Positions 27,584-37,671 of a DNA stretch of 64,000 nucleotides are shown here, piece after piece. The notes under the pieces were generated by a model. It did not search any database and had not been told where the DNA came from. It worked only from the letters and a program-made list of their open reading frames with translations. Numbering within the stretch: the first letter of the stretch is position 1; each line of letters begins with the position of its first letter. Position numbers and translations under genes: made by a program. This stretch comes from Candidatus Nanopelagicales bacterium (GTDB lineage Bacteria > Actinomycetota > Actinomycetes > S36-B12): positions 7,672 through 71,671 of the forward strand of contig JANRCR010000031.1 of assembly GCA_030726915.1 (NCBI GenBank), written 5' to 3'.

Positions 27584-29023
27584 ATGTTCGAGAACACCCT
27601 GCCGCGTTACGACATCCTCTCCGAGGAGTCCATGGCTGTCCTGGATAAGGGCTGGCGCCGCATCGTCTCCGAGCTCGGCATCGAATTCATGATGCCCGAG
27701 GCCGTCGAGCTCTTCAAGGCGGCAGGGATGCGCACGGACGGAGACAAGGTCTTCTTCGATCCGGACTTCGTCTTGGAACAGGTCGCCAAGGCGCCGCGTG
27801 ATTTTGACATCCAGGCGCGTAACCCCGACCACAACGTCCATATCGGTGGCAACAGCATGGTCTTCTCCAGCGTCTACGGACCACCCTTTGTGCGTCAGGG
27901 CGACGTACGACGGGACGCCACCATGGAGGACTTCCGAAACTTCGCGAAGTTGGCGCAGTCATTCCCCGTCATGGACAGCGTGGGCGGAGTGGTGTGTGAG
28001 CCCAGCGACGCACCCCTGGACTCGCGCCATCTGGACATGCTCTACGCCGCCATGACCCTCACCGACAAGTTCTACATGGGCAATGTGGTCAGTGGCACCA
28101 GAGCACTCGACACCATCCGCATGAGCGAAATCCTCTTTGGTAGCCGTGAGGCAATTGAGAAGACTCCCGTCTGTATCTCGCTGGTCAATTGCAACTCTCC
28201 GCTGCGGTGGGATGACCGAATGCTGGAAGCACAATTTGAGTATGCCCGGGCAATGCAGCCGGTGATCCTCACGCCGTTCCTGCTCATGGGAGCCATGTCG
28301 CCGGTGTCGATCCCCGCCACGCTGGCCCAGCAGATGGCTGAGACCCTCACCGGCATCGCGCTCACGCAGTTGATCCGACCGGGTGCCCCCGTGGTCTTCG
28401 GGTCCTTCCTCTCCAATATCGACATGCAGTCCGGCTCACCGCAGTTCGGCACACCCGAATCGGCGATTGGGCTGCTGTGCACCGGACAGATTGCGCGCCA
28501 CTTCAACCTGCCCTTCCGCACCGGTGGTGGCCTCAACTCATCCCAGACCGTGGACGCTCAGGCAGCCTTTGAGTCCCTCATGACAATGCTTCCCACATTC
28601 CTGGCCGGCACAAACTTCGTCATGCACTCCGCAGGCTGGCTCGAGGGTGGGCTTGTCTCCTGCTACGAGAAGTACATTCTCGACATCCAGATCCTCGAAT
28701 CCTTGCAACGTGAGTTCACCCCGGTGAATTTCACCGAGGAGGAACTCGCTTTTGGTGCGCATGAGGAGGTCGGTGCAGGCGGTCACTTCCTGGGGGCCGA
28801 GCACACCATGGAGCGATTCCGCACCTGCTTCTATCGGCCCTTCCTATGGAACTCAGACAACTTCGAGCGGTGGACGCGTCTCGGTGCGCGCGATGCGGTG
28901 GAGCGCTCGCGGGAGATCTACGAGCAAAAATTGGAGGACTACGTGCAGCCGCCACTGGAGGAATCCATCCGCGAGGAACTCGAGGAGTACGTGATCCGTC
29001 GTCGCGCCGAACTCGGTGACTGA
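27584..29023 (+). CDS. Trimethylamine methyltransferase (MttB) superfamily protein lacking pyrrolysine; probable glycine betaine:corrinoid methyltransferase (MtgB-like)
   Basis: ARNP.H, YGPPFV, N.NSPL.WD, TPF.L.GAM.P, DM.SGSP.FGTPE, HSAGWLEGGL...YEK, GGHFLG..HT; no in-frame TAG; ATG 27584 after AGGGAG. Confidence 0.9.
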   Translation: MFENTLPRYDILSEESMAVLDKGWRRIVSELGIEFMMPEAVELFKAAGMRTDGDKVFFDPDFVLEQVAKAPRDFDIQARNPDHNVHIGGNSMVFSSVYGPPFVRQGDVRRDATMEDFRNFAKLAQSFPVMDSVGGVVCEPSDAPLDSRHLDMLYAAMTLTDKFYMGNVVSGTRALDTIRMSEILFGSREAIEKTPVCISLVNCNSPLRWDDRMLEAQFEYARAMQPVILTPFLLMGAMSPVSIPATLAQQMAETLTGIALTQLIRPGAPVVFGSFLSNIDMQSGSPQFGTPESAIGLLCTGQIARHFNLPFRTGGGLNSSQTVDAQAAFESLMTMLPTFLAGTNFVMHSAGWLEGGLVSCYEKYILDIQILESLQREFTPVNFTEEELAFGAHEEVGAGGHFLGAEHTMERFRTCFYRPFLWNSDNFERWTRLGARDAVERSREIYEQKLEDYVQPPLEESIREELEEYVIRRRAELGD

Positions 29024-29050
29024 CGGCAGCCGATCACCTAGGGTGTCCCC

Positions 29051-30727
29051 ATGCCCAGGGGATATGACTACATCATCGTCGGCGGCGGCTCCGCAGGATC
29101 CGCACTTGCCGCACGTCTCAGCGAGGATTCATCGACCACGGTCCTCGTCCTCGAGGCCGGACGCCCCGACTATCCCTGGGATGTCTACATCCACATGCCG
29201 GCGGCGTTGACCTTCCCGATCGGCAACAAACTCTATGACTGGATGTATGCATCCCAGCCCGAGCCGCATATGAACAACCGCCGGGTGCACCACGGTCGCG
29301 GCAAGATCCTGGGCGGGTCGAGCAGCATCAACGGCATGATCTTCCAGCGTGGCAATCCCCTGGACTATGAGCGCTGGGCAGCAGATCCGGGGATGGATTC
29401 CTGGGGCTATGCCCAGTGCCTGCCCTACTTCAAGAAGATGGAGGACTGCCGCGCTGGCGCTGACGAATGGCGCGGCAAGGACGGTCCGCTCATCCTGGAG
29501 CGTGGTGAGGCGAAGAACCCGCTTTTTGCCGCATTCTTCGAAGCCGTCCAAGAGGCCGGGCACTCCCTGACTGCTGATGTCAATGGATACAAGCAGGAGG
29601 GCTTTGCGTCGTTCGATCGCAATGTGCACAACGGACGGCGCTACTCGGCGACGAAGGCCTACCTACGCCCCGCGATGTCCCGGCCCAATCTCACGGTCAA
29701 GACACGCGCGCACGTCACCCGCATCACGATGGACACCTCGGGTGACGAGCCCCGCGCAACCGGCGTTGACGTGTCCCTTGGTGGCAAACGTCCCGTCCAT
29801 GTCCGTGGAGGGGAGGTGATCCTGTGCGGAGGCGCATTCAACTCGCCCCAACTTCTCCAACTGTCCGGGATCGGCAATGCTGACCATCTGCGATCGGTCG
29901 GGGTTGATCCTGTGCATCATCTGCCCGGCGTGGGCGAAAACCTGCAGGATCATCTCGAGGTCTATGTGCAGCATGCGTGCACCCAGCCCGTGTCTTTGAA
30001 TCCTAATCTTCAGTTCTGGCGGCGGCCGATCATCGGGGCCGAGTGGCTCTTCCTCCGATCAGGTCCCGGTGCCTCGAATCACTTTGAAGCCGGTGGCTTC
30101 ATCCGCAGCAACGATGGTGTCGAATATCCCAATCTCATGTACCACTTCCTGCCGATCGCCGTGCGCTACGACGGCACGTCGATTGCCGAGGGTCACGGCT
30201 ATCAGGTGCACATCGGTCCCATGTATTCCGATGCCCGAGGTCGACTCTGGATCACGAGTGCGGATCCGATGGCGCCCCCGGCGTTCGTCTTCAACTACCT
30301 GTCCACCGAGCAGGATCGCCGGGAGTGGATCGAGGCGATTCACAAGACCCGAGAGATTCTTGAGCAATCGGCCTTCGCTCCCTACAGCGGAGGGGAGATC
30401 TCACCGGGAGCGGACGTGTCCTCCGATGATGAGATTCTCGACTGGGTCCGTCGCGATGGTGAGACGGCGTACCACCCGTCCTGCACCAACAGGATGGGTG
30501 TCGACGAGATGTCGGTTGTCGATCCACTCACGATGAAGGTGCATGGCACCCAAGGAGTTCGCGTGGTTGATGCGTCCGCGATGCCCTACGTCACCAATGG
30601 CAACATCTACGCGCCCGTGATGATGATGGCGGAGAAGGCCGCCGACATCATCAAGGGAGCCACACCCCTGCCCCCGGAACACGCCCCCTTCTACCGCCAC
30701 CACATCCAGGCTGGGTCCCATGCCTGA
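29051..30727 (+). CDS. betA: Choline dehydrogenase (GMC oxidoreductase)
   Basis: [58 protein letters not shown]. Confidence 0.94.
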   Translation: MPRGYDYIIVGGGSAGSALAARLSEDSSTTVLVLEAGRPDYPWDVYIHMPAALTFPIGNKLYDWMYASQPEPHMNNRRVHHGRGKILGGSSSINGMIFQRGNPLDYERWAADPGMDSWGYAQCLPYFKKMEDCRAGADEWRGKDGPLILERGEAKNPLFAAFFEAVQEAGHSLTADVNGYKQEGFASFDRNVHNGRRYSATKAYLRPAMSRPNLTVKTRAHVTRITMDTSGDEPRATGVDVSLGGKRPVHVRGGEVILCGGAFNSPQLLQLSGIGNADHLRSVGVDPVHHLPGVGENLQDHLEVYVQHACTQPVSLNPNLQFWRRPIIGAEWLFLRSGPGASNHFEAGGFIRSNDGVEYPNLMYHFLPIAVRYDGTSIAEGHGYQVHIGPMYSDARGRLWITSADPMAPPAFVFNYLSTEQDRREWIEAIHKTREILEQSAFAPYSGGEISPGADVSSDDEILDWVRRDGETAYHPSCTNRMGVDEMSVVDPLTMKVHGTQGVRVVDASAMPYVTNGNIYAPVMMMAEKAADIIKGATPLPPEHAPFYRHHIQAGSHA

Positions 30728-32210
30728 CCTCTATATCGATGGTTCATGGATCCCTGCCGCCGAAGGGGGTACGCGGGAGATTCGCTGCCCTGCCGATGGC
30801 GAGGTTGTCCGTGTGGTGGACGAGGCAACGGCGGTGGACACCGAGCGAGCGATCGCCGCGGCCCGCCGGGCCTTCGATGATGGGCGATGGAGCGGGGTGG
30901 CCATGGCCGAGCGTGGCCGACTCCTCGACCGCGTGGCGGATCTACTCGAGAGGGATGTCGAGGTGATTGCTCGAGCGGAATCCCTCGACACGGGCAAGAG
31001 ATTCGCCGAATCCGAGTACGACGTGGCCGATGTTGCGCGAACCTTCCGCTACTTCGCGGGCCTTGCCGCAGGCGATGTGCTCGGTGGCCGTATCGTCGAT
31101 GCGGGCAATGCGGATGTGCGTTCTCGCATTGAATACTCACCGGTCGGAGTTTGCGGGCTCATCACTCCCTGGAATTACCCCCTGCTGCAGGCTGCGTGGA
31201 AGGTGGCACCGGCGCTGGCCGCCGGCAATACCTTCGTCCTCAAGCCCAGTGAGTTGACCCCGTCGACGTCGATTCATCTCATCCGGCTTCTTGCTGAGGC
31301 GGGACTGCCGGAGGGTGTCGCCAATCTCATCCTGGGAGCGGGGGCGACCGCAGGGGCCCCACTGGCGGTGAATCCCGATGTTGACCTGGTGTCCTTCACC
31401 GGTGGGCTCATCACGGGTCGGAGGATCATGGCCGAGGCGGCCGCGACGGTCAAGAAGGTCGCCCTCGAACTCGGCGGCAAGAATCCCAACATCATCTTCG
31501 CGGACGCCGACCTCACGGCGGCCGTCGATAACGCGCTCACCGCTGTCTTCCTACACAGCGGGCAGGTGTGCTCTGCCGGCGCGCGCCTGCTGGTCGAGGA
31601 GTCGATCCATGACCGTGTCGTTGACGAGATTGTGCGCCGCGCTGAGCGCATCCGGCTCGGTGGTCCCTTTGATCCCCTGGCCGAGACCGGGCCCCTGATC
31701 TCTGTCGGCCATCGGGACAAGATCGCGGCGTACGTCGCCGCCGCGATTGCCGAGGGTGCCGTCCTGCGCTGCGGTGGATCCGCTCCGGATCCGGGCGAAT
31801 ACCCCGCACTGGCCGACGGCTGCTACTACCGTCCCACCGTGCTCGATAACTGCGTCAGTGACATGACATGTGTGCAGGACGAGTCCTTTGGCCCGGTCCT
31901 CACGGTCGAGGTATTCACCTCGGAGGCCGAGGCCATCCGTCTCGGCAATGACACGATGTACGGCCTCGCGGGTGCGGTGTGGACATCGGATGCGGGCAAG
32001 GCCGAGCGCGTTGCAAGCGCTCTGCGGCACGGCACCATCTGGATCAACGATTACCACCCCTACCTACCGCAGGCGGAGTGGGGCGGATTCAAACAGTCCG
32101 GTGTCGGGCGTGAACTCGGTCCGACCGGACTTCACGAGTATCTCGAGGCCAAGCATGTCTACCGCAACCTCTCGCCTGCCCCGAGCGGCTGGTTCTCCCA
32201 GGAGGCATGA
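30720..32210 (+). CDS. betB: Betaine aldehyde dehydrogenase
   Basis: [46 protein letters not shown]; coupled to betA. Confidence 0.87.
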   Translation: MPDLYIDGSWIPAAEGGTREIRCPADGEVVRVVDEATAVDTERAIAAARRAFDDGRWSGVAMAERGRLLDRVADLLERDVEVIARAESLDTGKRFAESEYDVADVARTFRYFAGLAAGDVLGGRIVDAGNADVRSRIEYSPVGVCGLITPWNYPLLQAAWKVAPALAAGNTFVLKPSELTPSTSIHLIRLLAEAGLPEGVANLILGAGATAGAPLAVNPDVDLVSFTGGLITGRRIMAEAAATVKKVALELGGKNPNIIFADADLTAAVDNALTAVFLHSGQVCSAGARLLVEESIHDRVVDEIVRRAERIRLGGPFDPLAETGPLISVGHRDKIAAYVAAAIAEGAVLRCGGSAPDPGEYPALADGCYYRPTVLDNCVSDMTCVQDESFGPVLTVEVFTSEAEAIRLGNDTMYGLAGAVWTSDAGKAERVASALRHGTIWINDYHPYLPQAEWGGFKQSGVGRELGPTGLHEYLEAKHVYRNLSPAPSGWFSQEA

Positions 32211-33277
32211 CGATGTCGACGTCCACGTCACCCAGCACCGAGACCCCCGCCATCAGCGTGCGAGGGCTCTGGAAGGTCTTCGGCCCGAAGTCCGACAGTG
32301 TCGTTGGCTCGCCGCTGGCCGATCTGCCACGCGAGGAGTTGCTGGCACAAACGGGGTGCACCGCTGCCGTGCGCGATGTCTCCTTTGAGGTGGCCGAGGG
32401 CGAAGTCTTCGTCGTCATGGGACTGTCGGGCTCGGGCAAGTCCACCCTCGTGCGCTGCCTCACGCGCCTCATTGACTCGACCGCAGGTGAGGTGATCATC
32501 GAGGGTGAAGACATCCTCAAGGCCTCCGCCTCGGAGTTGCGCCATCTGCGCCGCACGGAGTTTTCCATGGTGTTCCAGCACTTCGGCCTGCTGCCCCACC
32601 GCAAGGTGATCGACAACATCGCCTACCCACTGGAGATTCAGGGCGTCAAGAAGGATGTCCGCTACGCGCGGGCCGAAGAGGTCATCCAGCTCGTGGGGCT
32701 GAGCGGCTACGCCAATGCCTATCCGGAGCAGTTGTCCGGTGGCATGCAGCAGCGGGTCGGTCTGGCCCGCGCGCTCGCCGTGGATCCCGATGTGATGTTC
32801 CTCGATGAGCCCTTCAGTGCACTGGATCCCTTGATTCGCCGGGATATGCAGTCCGAAGTGATCCGGCTGCATCGCGAACTCGGTAAGACCATGGTCTTCA
32901 TCACCCACGACCTTGCCGAGGCTATGAAACTCGGCGATCGAATCGCCATCATGCGCGATGGCGCGATCGTCCAGATGGGCACGGCAATGGATCTGGTGCT
33001 GCACCCCGCGGATGCCTACGTCCAAGACTTTCTCCGTGACATTCCCAAGAGCCACGTGCTGACCCTCGGTGTCATCGCTCGTCCCCGACGGGCGGACGAG
33101 CCCGCAGATGGTCCGACGTTGCCCGGGGACATGATCATCAAGGCGGCGACCCACGCGATCATCGCCGCGCACGCACCGGTACGGGTGATGGACGGTGATC
33201 GCGAGATGGGTGTCGTGGGCAGCGATGATGTGCTGAGCCTGATCGCAGGGGACCCGGTCTCGGAGTTGGACGACTGA
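32207..33277 (+). CDS. Glycine betaine/choline ABC transporter ATP-binding protein (ProV/OpuAA-like)
   Basis: [48 protein letters not shown]. Confidence 0.93.
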   Translation: MTMSTSTSPSTETPAISVRGLWKVFGPKSDSVVGSPLADLPREELLAQTGCTAAVRDVSFEVAEGEVFVVMGLSGSGKSTLVRCLTRLIDSTAGEVIIEGEDILKASASELRHLRRTEFSMVFQHFGLLPHRKVIDNIAYPLEIQGVKKDVRYARAEEVIQLVGLSGYANAYPEQLSGGMQQRVGLARALAVDPDVMFLDEPFSALDPLIRRDMQSEVIRLHRELGKTMVFITHDLAEAMKLGDRIAIMRDGAIVQMGTAMDLVLHPADAYVQDFLRDIPKSHVLTLGVIARPRRADEPADGPTLPGDMIIKAATHAIIAAHAPVRVMDGDREMGVVGSDDVLSLIAGDPVSELDD

Positions 33278-33279
33278 CC

Positions 33280-35235
33280 ATGGGACTCACGGGCGTCCTC
33301 CGGTTGCGTTGGGTCCAGGCCCTCGTTGTTCTTGGCGTGTGGTTTGTCGTTGCCACGCTCCTCAAAGGCGTGCAAACGCAGGAGCTTTCCACGGCCACGG
33401 ACTCGCCGTTCACCGCTTGGATGCGCGATGTCGCGGCGGCCATCCGCGGCAATCGCACGGAGAGCCCTGTTTTCATTTACTTCTTCAACCCCATCCGAGG
33501 CTTTATCGAGGGTTTCATCGAAATCATCATGTCGGTCATCTCGATGCCGGCCCAGGGCAATCTCATCCCCCTCCTCGGCTGGTTTGGAGTCTTCGTCCTC
33601 ATCGGCTACATCGTCTACGCCAGTTCCAATCTGCGTACTGCGCTCTTCAGCATGTTCATGCTGCTTCTGTGCGGGATGCTCGGCATGTGGGTGATCACCA
33701 TGGACACCCTGGCCATGACACTGGGTGCGGTCTTCCTGTCCCTCATCGTCGCCCTACCCCTCGGAGTGTGGGCCGGTCTCAATGACAGGGTCATGGCGAC
33801 CCTGCGACCCGCCCTTGACCTCGCCCAGGTGCTACCCACGCTGGTCTACCTCGCACCGCTAGCCCTCGTCTTCCTCATCGGCATCGCCTCGGCCACGATC
33901 GCCACGATGATCTACTCCATCCCCATCTGCATCCGCATCACCGCTCACGCCATCAAGTCCCTCAAGGCGGGCCCCATCGAGGCAGCGGAGGCGGCTGGAT
34001 CCACCCGGTGGCAGTTGCTGACCAAGGTGCAACTCCCGATGGCCAAGAGCACCCTGATCCTCGCGGTCAACCAGACGACGCTGGCGGCGCTGTCCTTCGT
34101 CGTCATCGCGGCGCTGATCGGCGCGCCCGGCCTCGGCAAGCCGGTCATCGAGGCGCTGATCATCCGCAACGTGGGTGACGGTGTTGTTGCGGGGCTAGCC
34201 GTCGTCTGCCTGGCGATCCTGCTGGATCGAGCGACCACGGCCGCGGTCAATCGAGACCAGCATGGCTTCGCCGCCTCCGACGCGGCGAAGGTGCGGCGGC
34301 GGATTGGGCTTGTGGCCGGCGGACTCTTCACGATCGTGGCGATCGTGCTGTCACGACAGGTCCTCTGGTTTGCGGTCTTCCCCGAATCACTGAACTTCGG
34401 CAAGCAGGTGGCTGGAGTGGCTGACGCACTCGAGGAGTGGATCACCAGCAACCTCGACTTCGTCACCGTGACGGGCAGCGAGTGGTTCACCATCTGGATC
34501 CTCAATCCGCTCCAGGGTGTTCTGGCGGAGTCACCATGGTGGCTGACGCTTATCGCGGTCACGCTCCTCGCCTTCATCCTGGCGGGGCGCACGGTCGGGA
34601 TCCTGGTGTTTTTCCTGCTGGCGCTGATCATGGGCACGGGATTGTGGAATGACACGATGCTGACACTGTCTATGACGCTGCTCGCGACGGTGTTTGTCGT
34701 CATCATCGGCATCGTCGTCGGGGTTTGGGCCGGTCGCAGCGCCCGCGTGGATCGATTCCTCAAGCCCTTCTTGGATGCCGGACAGACCATGCCGGCATTC
34801 GTCTATCTCGTTCCGGTGCTCGCGCTCTTCGGGCCGACACGGTTTGCCGCCATCGTCCTCGGTGTTGTGTACGCCGCTCCCGTGGTCATCCGCATCGTCG
34901 CCGACGGTATTCGCAAGGTCCCCAAGGAGTCGGTTGAAGCCGCCATCTCCGCAGGGTCGACGAATCTGCAGGTCATCACCAAGGTGCAGTTGCCGATCTC
35001 GCGACGTTCCATTCTGCTCGGTGTTAACCAGGGCCTCATCTTCGTGCTGGCGGTGGTCGTCATCGGCGGTTTCGTCGGGGCCGGTGGCCTCGGCTACCTG
35101 GTCATCGTGGGCCAGTCCAAGCCGGAACTTGCCGGCAAGGGGCTCGCGGCCGGCATCGCTATCGTCCTCCTGGGCATCATTTTGGACCGAATTGCGCAGG
35201 GCCGACCGGAAAAGTCGACCCAGGGACACCACTAG
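33280..35235 (+). CDS. Glycine betaine ABC transporter permease with two fused ProW-like domains
   Basis: Duplicated P.LD..Q..P..VYL.P, EAA...GS...Q...KVQLP, NQ, GLG motifs. Confidence 0.9.
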   Translation: MGLTGVLRLRWVQALVVLGVWFVVATLLKGVQTQELSTATDSPFTAWMRDVAAAIRGNRTESPVFIYFFNPIRGFIEGFIEIIMSVISMPAQGNLIPLLGWFGVFVLIGYIVYASSNLRTALFSMFMLLLCGMLGMWVITMDTLAMTLGAVFLSLIVALPLGVWAGLNDRVMATLRPALDLAQVLPTLVYLAPLALVFLIGIASATIATMIYSIPICIRITAHAIKSLKAGPIEAAEAAGSTRWQLLTKVQLPMAKSTLILAVNQTTLAALSFVVIAALIGAPGLGKPVIEALIIRNVGDGVVAGLAVVCLAILLDRATTAAVNRDQHGFAASDAAKVRRRIGLVAGGLFTIVAIVLSRQVLWFAVFPESLNFGKQVAGVADALEEWITSNLDFVTVTGSEWFTIWILNPLQGVLAESPWWLTLIAVTLLAFILAGRTVGILVFFLLALIMGTGLWNDTMLTLSMTLLATVFVVIIGIVVGVWAGRSARVDRFLKPFLDAGQTMPAFVYLVPVLALFGPTRFAAIVLGVVYAAPVVIRIVADGIRKVPKESVEAAISAGSTNLQVITKVQLPISRRSILLGVNQGLIFVLAVVVIGGFVGAGGLGYLVIVGQSKPELAGKGLAAGIAIVLLGIILDRIAQGRPEKSTQGHH

Positions 35236-35349
35236 ACCCTCGGGAGCCGTGGGGTTCCGGGAGCGATACGCATCCGTTATGCGTATTCGCCCGTGTCGCT
35301 TGGGTCGCCTGCCTACGATGACGGAGACATCTACCTTCCGGGAGGAAGA

Positions 35350-36369
35350 ATGAAGCAAGTTGGTAAAGGCGCGGGACTCATGGTCGCGCTTGCTGCAGCC
35401 GGGCTGGTCCTGGCGGCTTGCGGCGGCAGCGTTAACGAGGCGACCTCGTCGTCAGCGGCACCGGAGTCCTCCGCGGCACCCGAAGCATCCAGCTCGGCTC
35501 CGGCCCCCGACAACACCGCCTGCGGTGAGTGGGGCGTTGCGATGCACGCGTGGGTGGGTTACACAGCCTCCGCTCAGGTGCTCAGCGACGTGGCGAGGGA
35601 GAAGCTCGGTTGCACGATCGACCAGATCACCCTGGACGAAGCCGGCGTTACCTACGACGCGATGGAGGCCGGCTCTGTCGACGTCATTATCGAAGACTGG
35701 GGCGGCGGACGTTGGCAGGAGTGGGTTGACCGCGGCGCCATCGTTGAGGTTGGCCTGAATGGCAACGTGGGTCTCATCGGAATGTTCGTCCCGCAGTGGA
35801 TGTGTGACGAAAATCCCGACATCACCGACGGCACCAAACTCAATGAGTACGCCGACCTCTTCCAGACGCCTGAGTCCGGTGACAAGGGAGCCTGGTACGA
35901 AGGCCCCCCCGGCTACACCACCATCGGCGAGAAGATCATCGAGGCCTATGACTTGAACTACAAGATCATCAATACAGGGTCTGAAGCAGCGCTGATCGAG
36001 GCCTTCACCAAGGGCACCGAGGATAAGACTCCGGTTCTCGGCTACTTCTATGAGCCGCAGAACTTCCTCGCCAAGGTCCCGCTGTGCCGCATCAACTTCC
36101 CGGCCAACGACTGGACCGATGCGGCCAAGGCGAGTGGTCTCACCGATTACCCCGAGACTCCGCTCGTGAAGCTCGCGACGCTGGCGCTCATGGATTCGGG
36201 CAGCCCGTTTGCCACACTCCTCCAGAACTTCGAGTGGACTAACGAGGACCAGAACCAGGTCGCACTCGACATCGAGTCCGGCATGACCCCGGAGGAGGCG
36301 GCCCAGAAGTGGATCGATGCCAACCCGGACAAGGTCACCGCATGGCTTGAGGGCACGGGAGCTTCCTGA
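35350..36369 (+). CDS. Glycine betaine ABC transporter substrate-binding lipoprotein (ProX/OpuAC-like)
   Basis: LAAC lipobox, Ser/Ala/Pro linker, DVIIEDW, GSEAAL, YFYEP, AA.KW...NP..V..WL; ATG after GGAGG. Confidence 0.88.
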   Translation: MKQVGKGAGLMVALAAAGLVLAACGGSVNEATSSSAAPESSAAPEASSSAPAPDNTACGEWGVAMHAWVGYTASAQVLSDVAREKLGCTIDQITLDEAGVTYDAMEAGSVDVIIEDWGGGRWQEWVDRGAIVEVGLNGNVGLIGMFVPQWMCDENPDITDGTKLNEYADLFQTPESGDKGAWYEGPPGYTTIGEKIIEAYDLNYKIINTGSEAALIEAFTKGTEDKTPVLGYFYEPQNFLAKVPLCRINFPANDWTDAAKASGLTDYPETPLVKLATLALMDSGSPFATLLQNFEWTNEDQNQVALDIESGMTPEEAAQKWIDANPDKVTAWLEGTGAS

Positions 36370-36394
36370 CCCGCTGATTCGCATGCACGACCTG

Positions 36395-36435
36395 ATGTCG
36401 CAGGGCCCCGGCCAATGGCCGGGGCCCTGCGACAT
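36395..36435 (+). terminator. Intrinsic terminator-like hairpin
   Basis: Perfect 19-bp stem atgtcgcagggccccggcc-aat-ggccggggccctgcgacat 25 nt after the SBP stop. Confidence 0.85.
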
Positions 36436-36488
36436 GTCTGACCGGTCCGCGCGGGGAGGTGTGCGATCACATGTGGTGTGATGACCGC

Positions 36489-37565
36489 ATGCGCGAGGCG
36501 ATCCTGCTTGTCGGGGGGCAGGGCACACGGCTGCGTCCCCTCACCCTGTCCACACCCAAGCCCATGCTCCCGGTGGCGGGAGTGCCGCTCACCGTGCACC
36601 AAATCGAGCGGGCACGCGATGCCGGTGTAGAGCGCATCGTGCTCGGTACGTCGTACCGGGCGGAGGTCTTCGCCGAGCACCTCGGGGACGGGCGCGACCT
36701 CGGGGTCGAGATCGCCTACGCCGTCGAGGTCGACCCCCTGGGGACGGGTGGAGCGATCCGCAACGCTGCCGCGCACCTCACGTGCGGTCCGGACGACCCC
36801 GTCATGGTGCTCAACGGAGATGTCCTCAGCGGCGTCGACTACGCCGGACTCATCGAAGGTCATGTGCGCGCCGGCGCCGTCGTCACCTTGCACCTCGTCC
36901 GCGTCGAGGATCCCTCCGCCTACGGCCTGGTGCCGACCGATGAGCAGGGGCGCGTGCTCGCCTTCCGTGAGAAGCCCACGACTGCGGAGGAGATCATCAC
37001 CGATCAGATCAACGCAGGCTGCTACGTCTTCCGGCGCTCGGCGATCGATGCAATCCCTACCGGCCGGGTGGTGTCCGTGGAGCGCGACACCTTCCCGGCT
37101 CTCCTAGCGGACGGGGCGCACATGCGGGGAGTGGTCGACGACTCCTATTGGCTTGATCTCGGCACGCCCTGGGACTTCATCCGGGGGTCGGCGGACCTCG
37201 TGCGCGGGATTGCCCCCTGGCCCGGTCATGCGCCGGCTGTTTCGCTCGTCCTCGATGACGCCGTCGTGGACGAGGGCGCTGACGTGGGCGGCGGAACCAC
37301 CGTCGGTCGCGGTTGCCGGGTGGCTGCGGGTGCCGTCGTGCAGGGATCGGTGCTGCTCGACGGTGCGGTGATCGGACCAGCGGCCGTCGTCACTGATTCC
37401 GTTATCGGCGCGGGGGCGATGGTCGAGGCCGGGGCGGTCGTAGCCGGCTGCGTCATCGGAGACGGTGCACGCGTCGGCACGGGTAATGAGTTACGCGCGG
37501 GCGCGCGGATTTGGCCCGACGTCGTGCTCCCACCGACCTCGGTGCGCTTCTCCACCGATGCGTGA
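36489..37565 (+). CDS. Mannose-1-phosphate guanylyltransferase / NDP-sugar synthase
   Basis: LVGGQGTRLRPLT...PKP, LGTGGAI, NGD, EKP, YWLDLGT, C-terminal hexapeptide repeats. Confidence 0.9.
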   Translation: MREAILLVGGQGTRLRPLTLSTPKPMLPVAGVPLTVHQIERARDAGVERIVLGTSYRAEVFAEHLGDGRDLGVEIAYAVEVDPLGTGGAIRNAAAHLTCGPDDPVMVLNGDVLSGVDYAGLIEGHVRAGAVVTLHLVRVEDPSAYGLVPTDEQGRVLAFREKPTTAEEIITDQINAGCYVFRRSAIDAIPTGRVVSVERDTFPALLADGAHMRGVVDDSYWLDLGTPWDFIRGSADLVRGIAPWPGHAPAVSLVLDDAVVDEGADVGGGTTVGRGCRVAAGAVVQGSVLLDGAVIGPAAVVTDSVIGAGAMVEAGAVVAGCVIGDGARVGTGNELRAGARIWPDVVLPPTSVRFSTDA

Positions 37566-37600
37566 CACACGAGCCCGCTCGTCGCGTTGCCGGCCGGCAT

Positions 37601-37651
37601 CGTTCTCCGGGCGATAAGCGTCACCGGGTGAAGCAATGTGACCGGAGAACG
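37601..37651. repeat. 51-bp palindromic intergenic element (CGTTCTCCGG...CCGGAGAACG)
   Basis: Inverted arms between convergent genes; same length and ends as the element at 21185-21235. Confidence 0.6.
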
Positions 37652-37671
37652 ACGACCGGAGCCGGTTGCCG

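Noticed and set aside
27584-29023. Pyrrolysine recoding in the MttB homologue
   Set aside because: The ORF is uninterrupted, has no in-frame TAG (GGGLNSS at the equivalent region), and there are no pyl genes in the window
33280-35235. Fused double permease as a novelty
   Set aside because: Tandem-fused ProW-type permeases are common in actinobacterial betaine ABC systems
6321-36435. Intact integrative element at tRNA-Thr
   Set aside because: No integrase, conjugation genes or duplicated tRNA 3' end were found by eye
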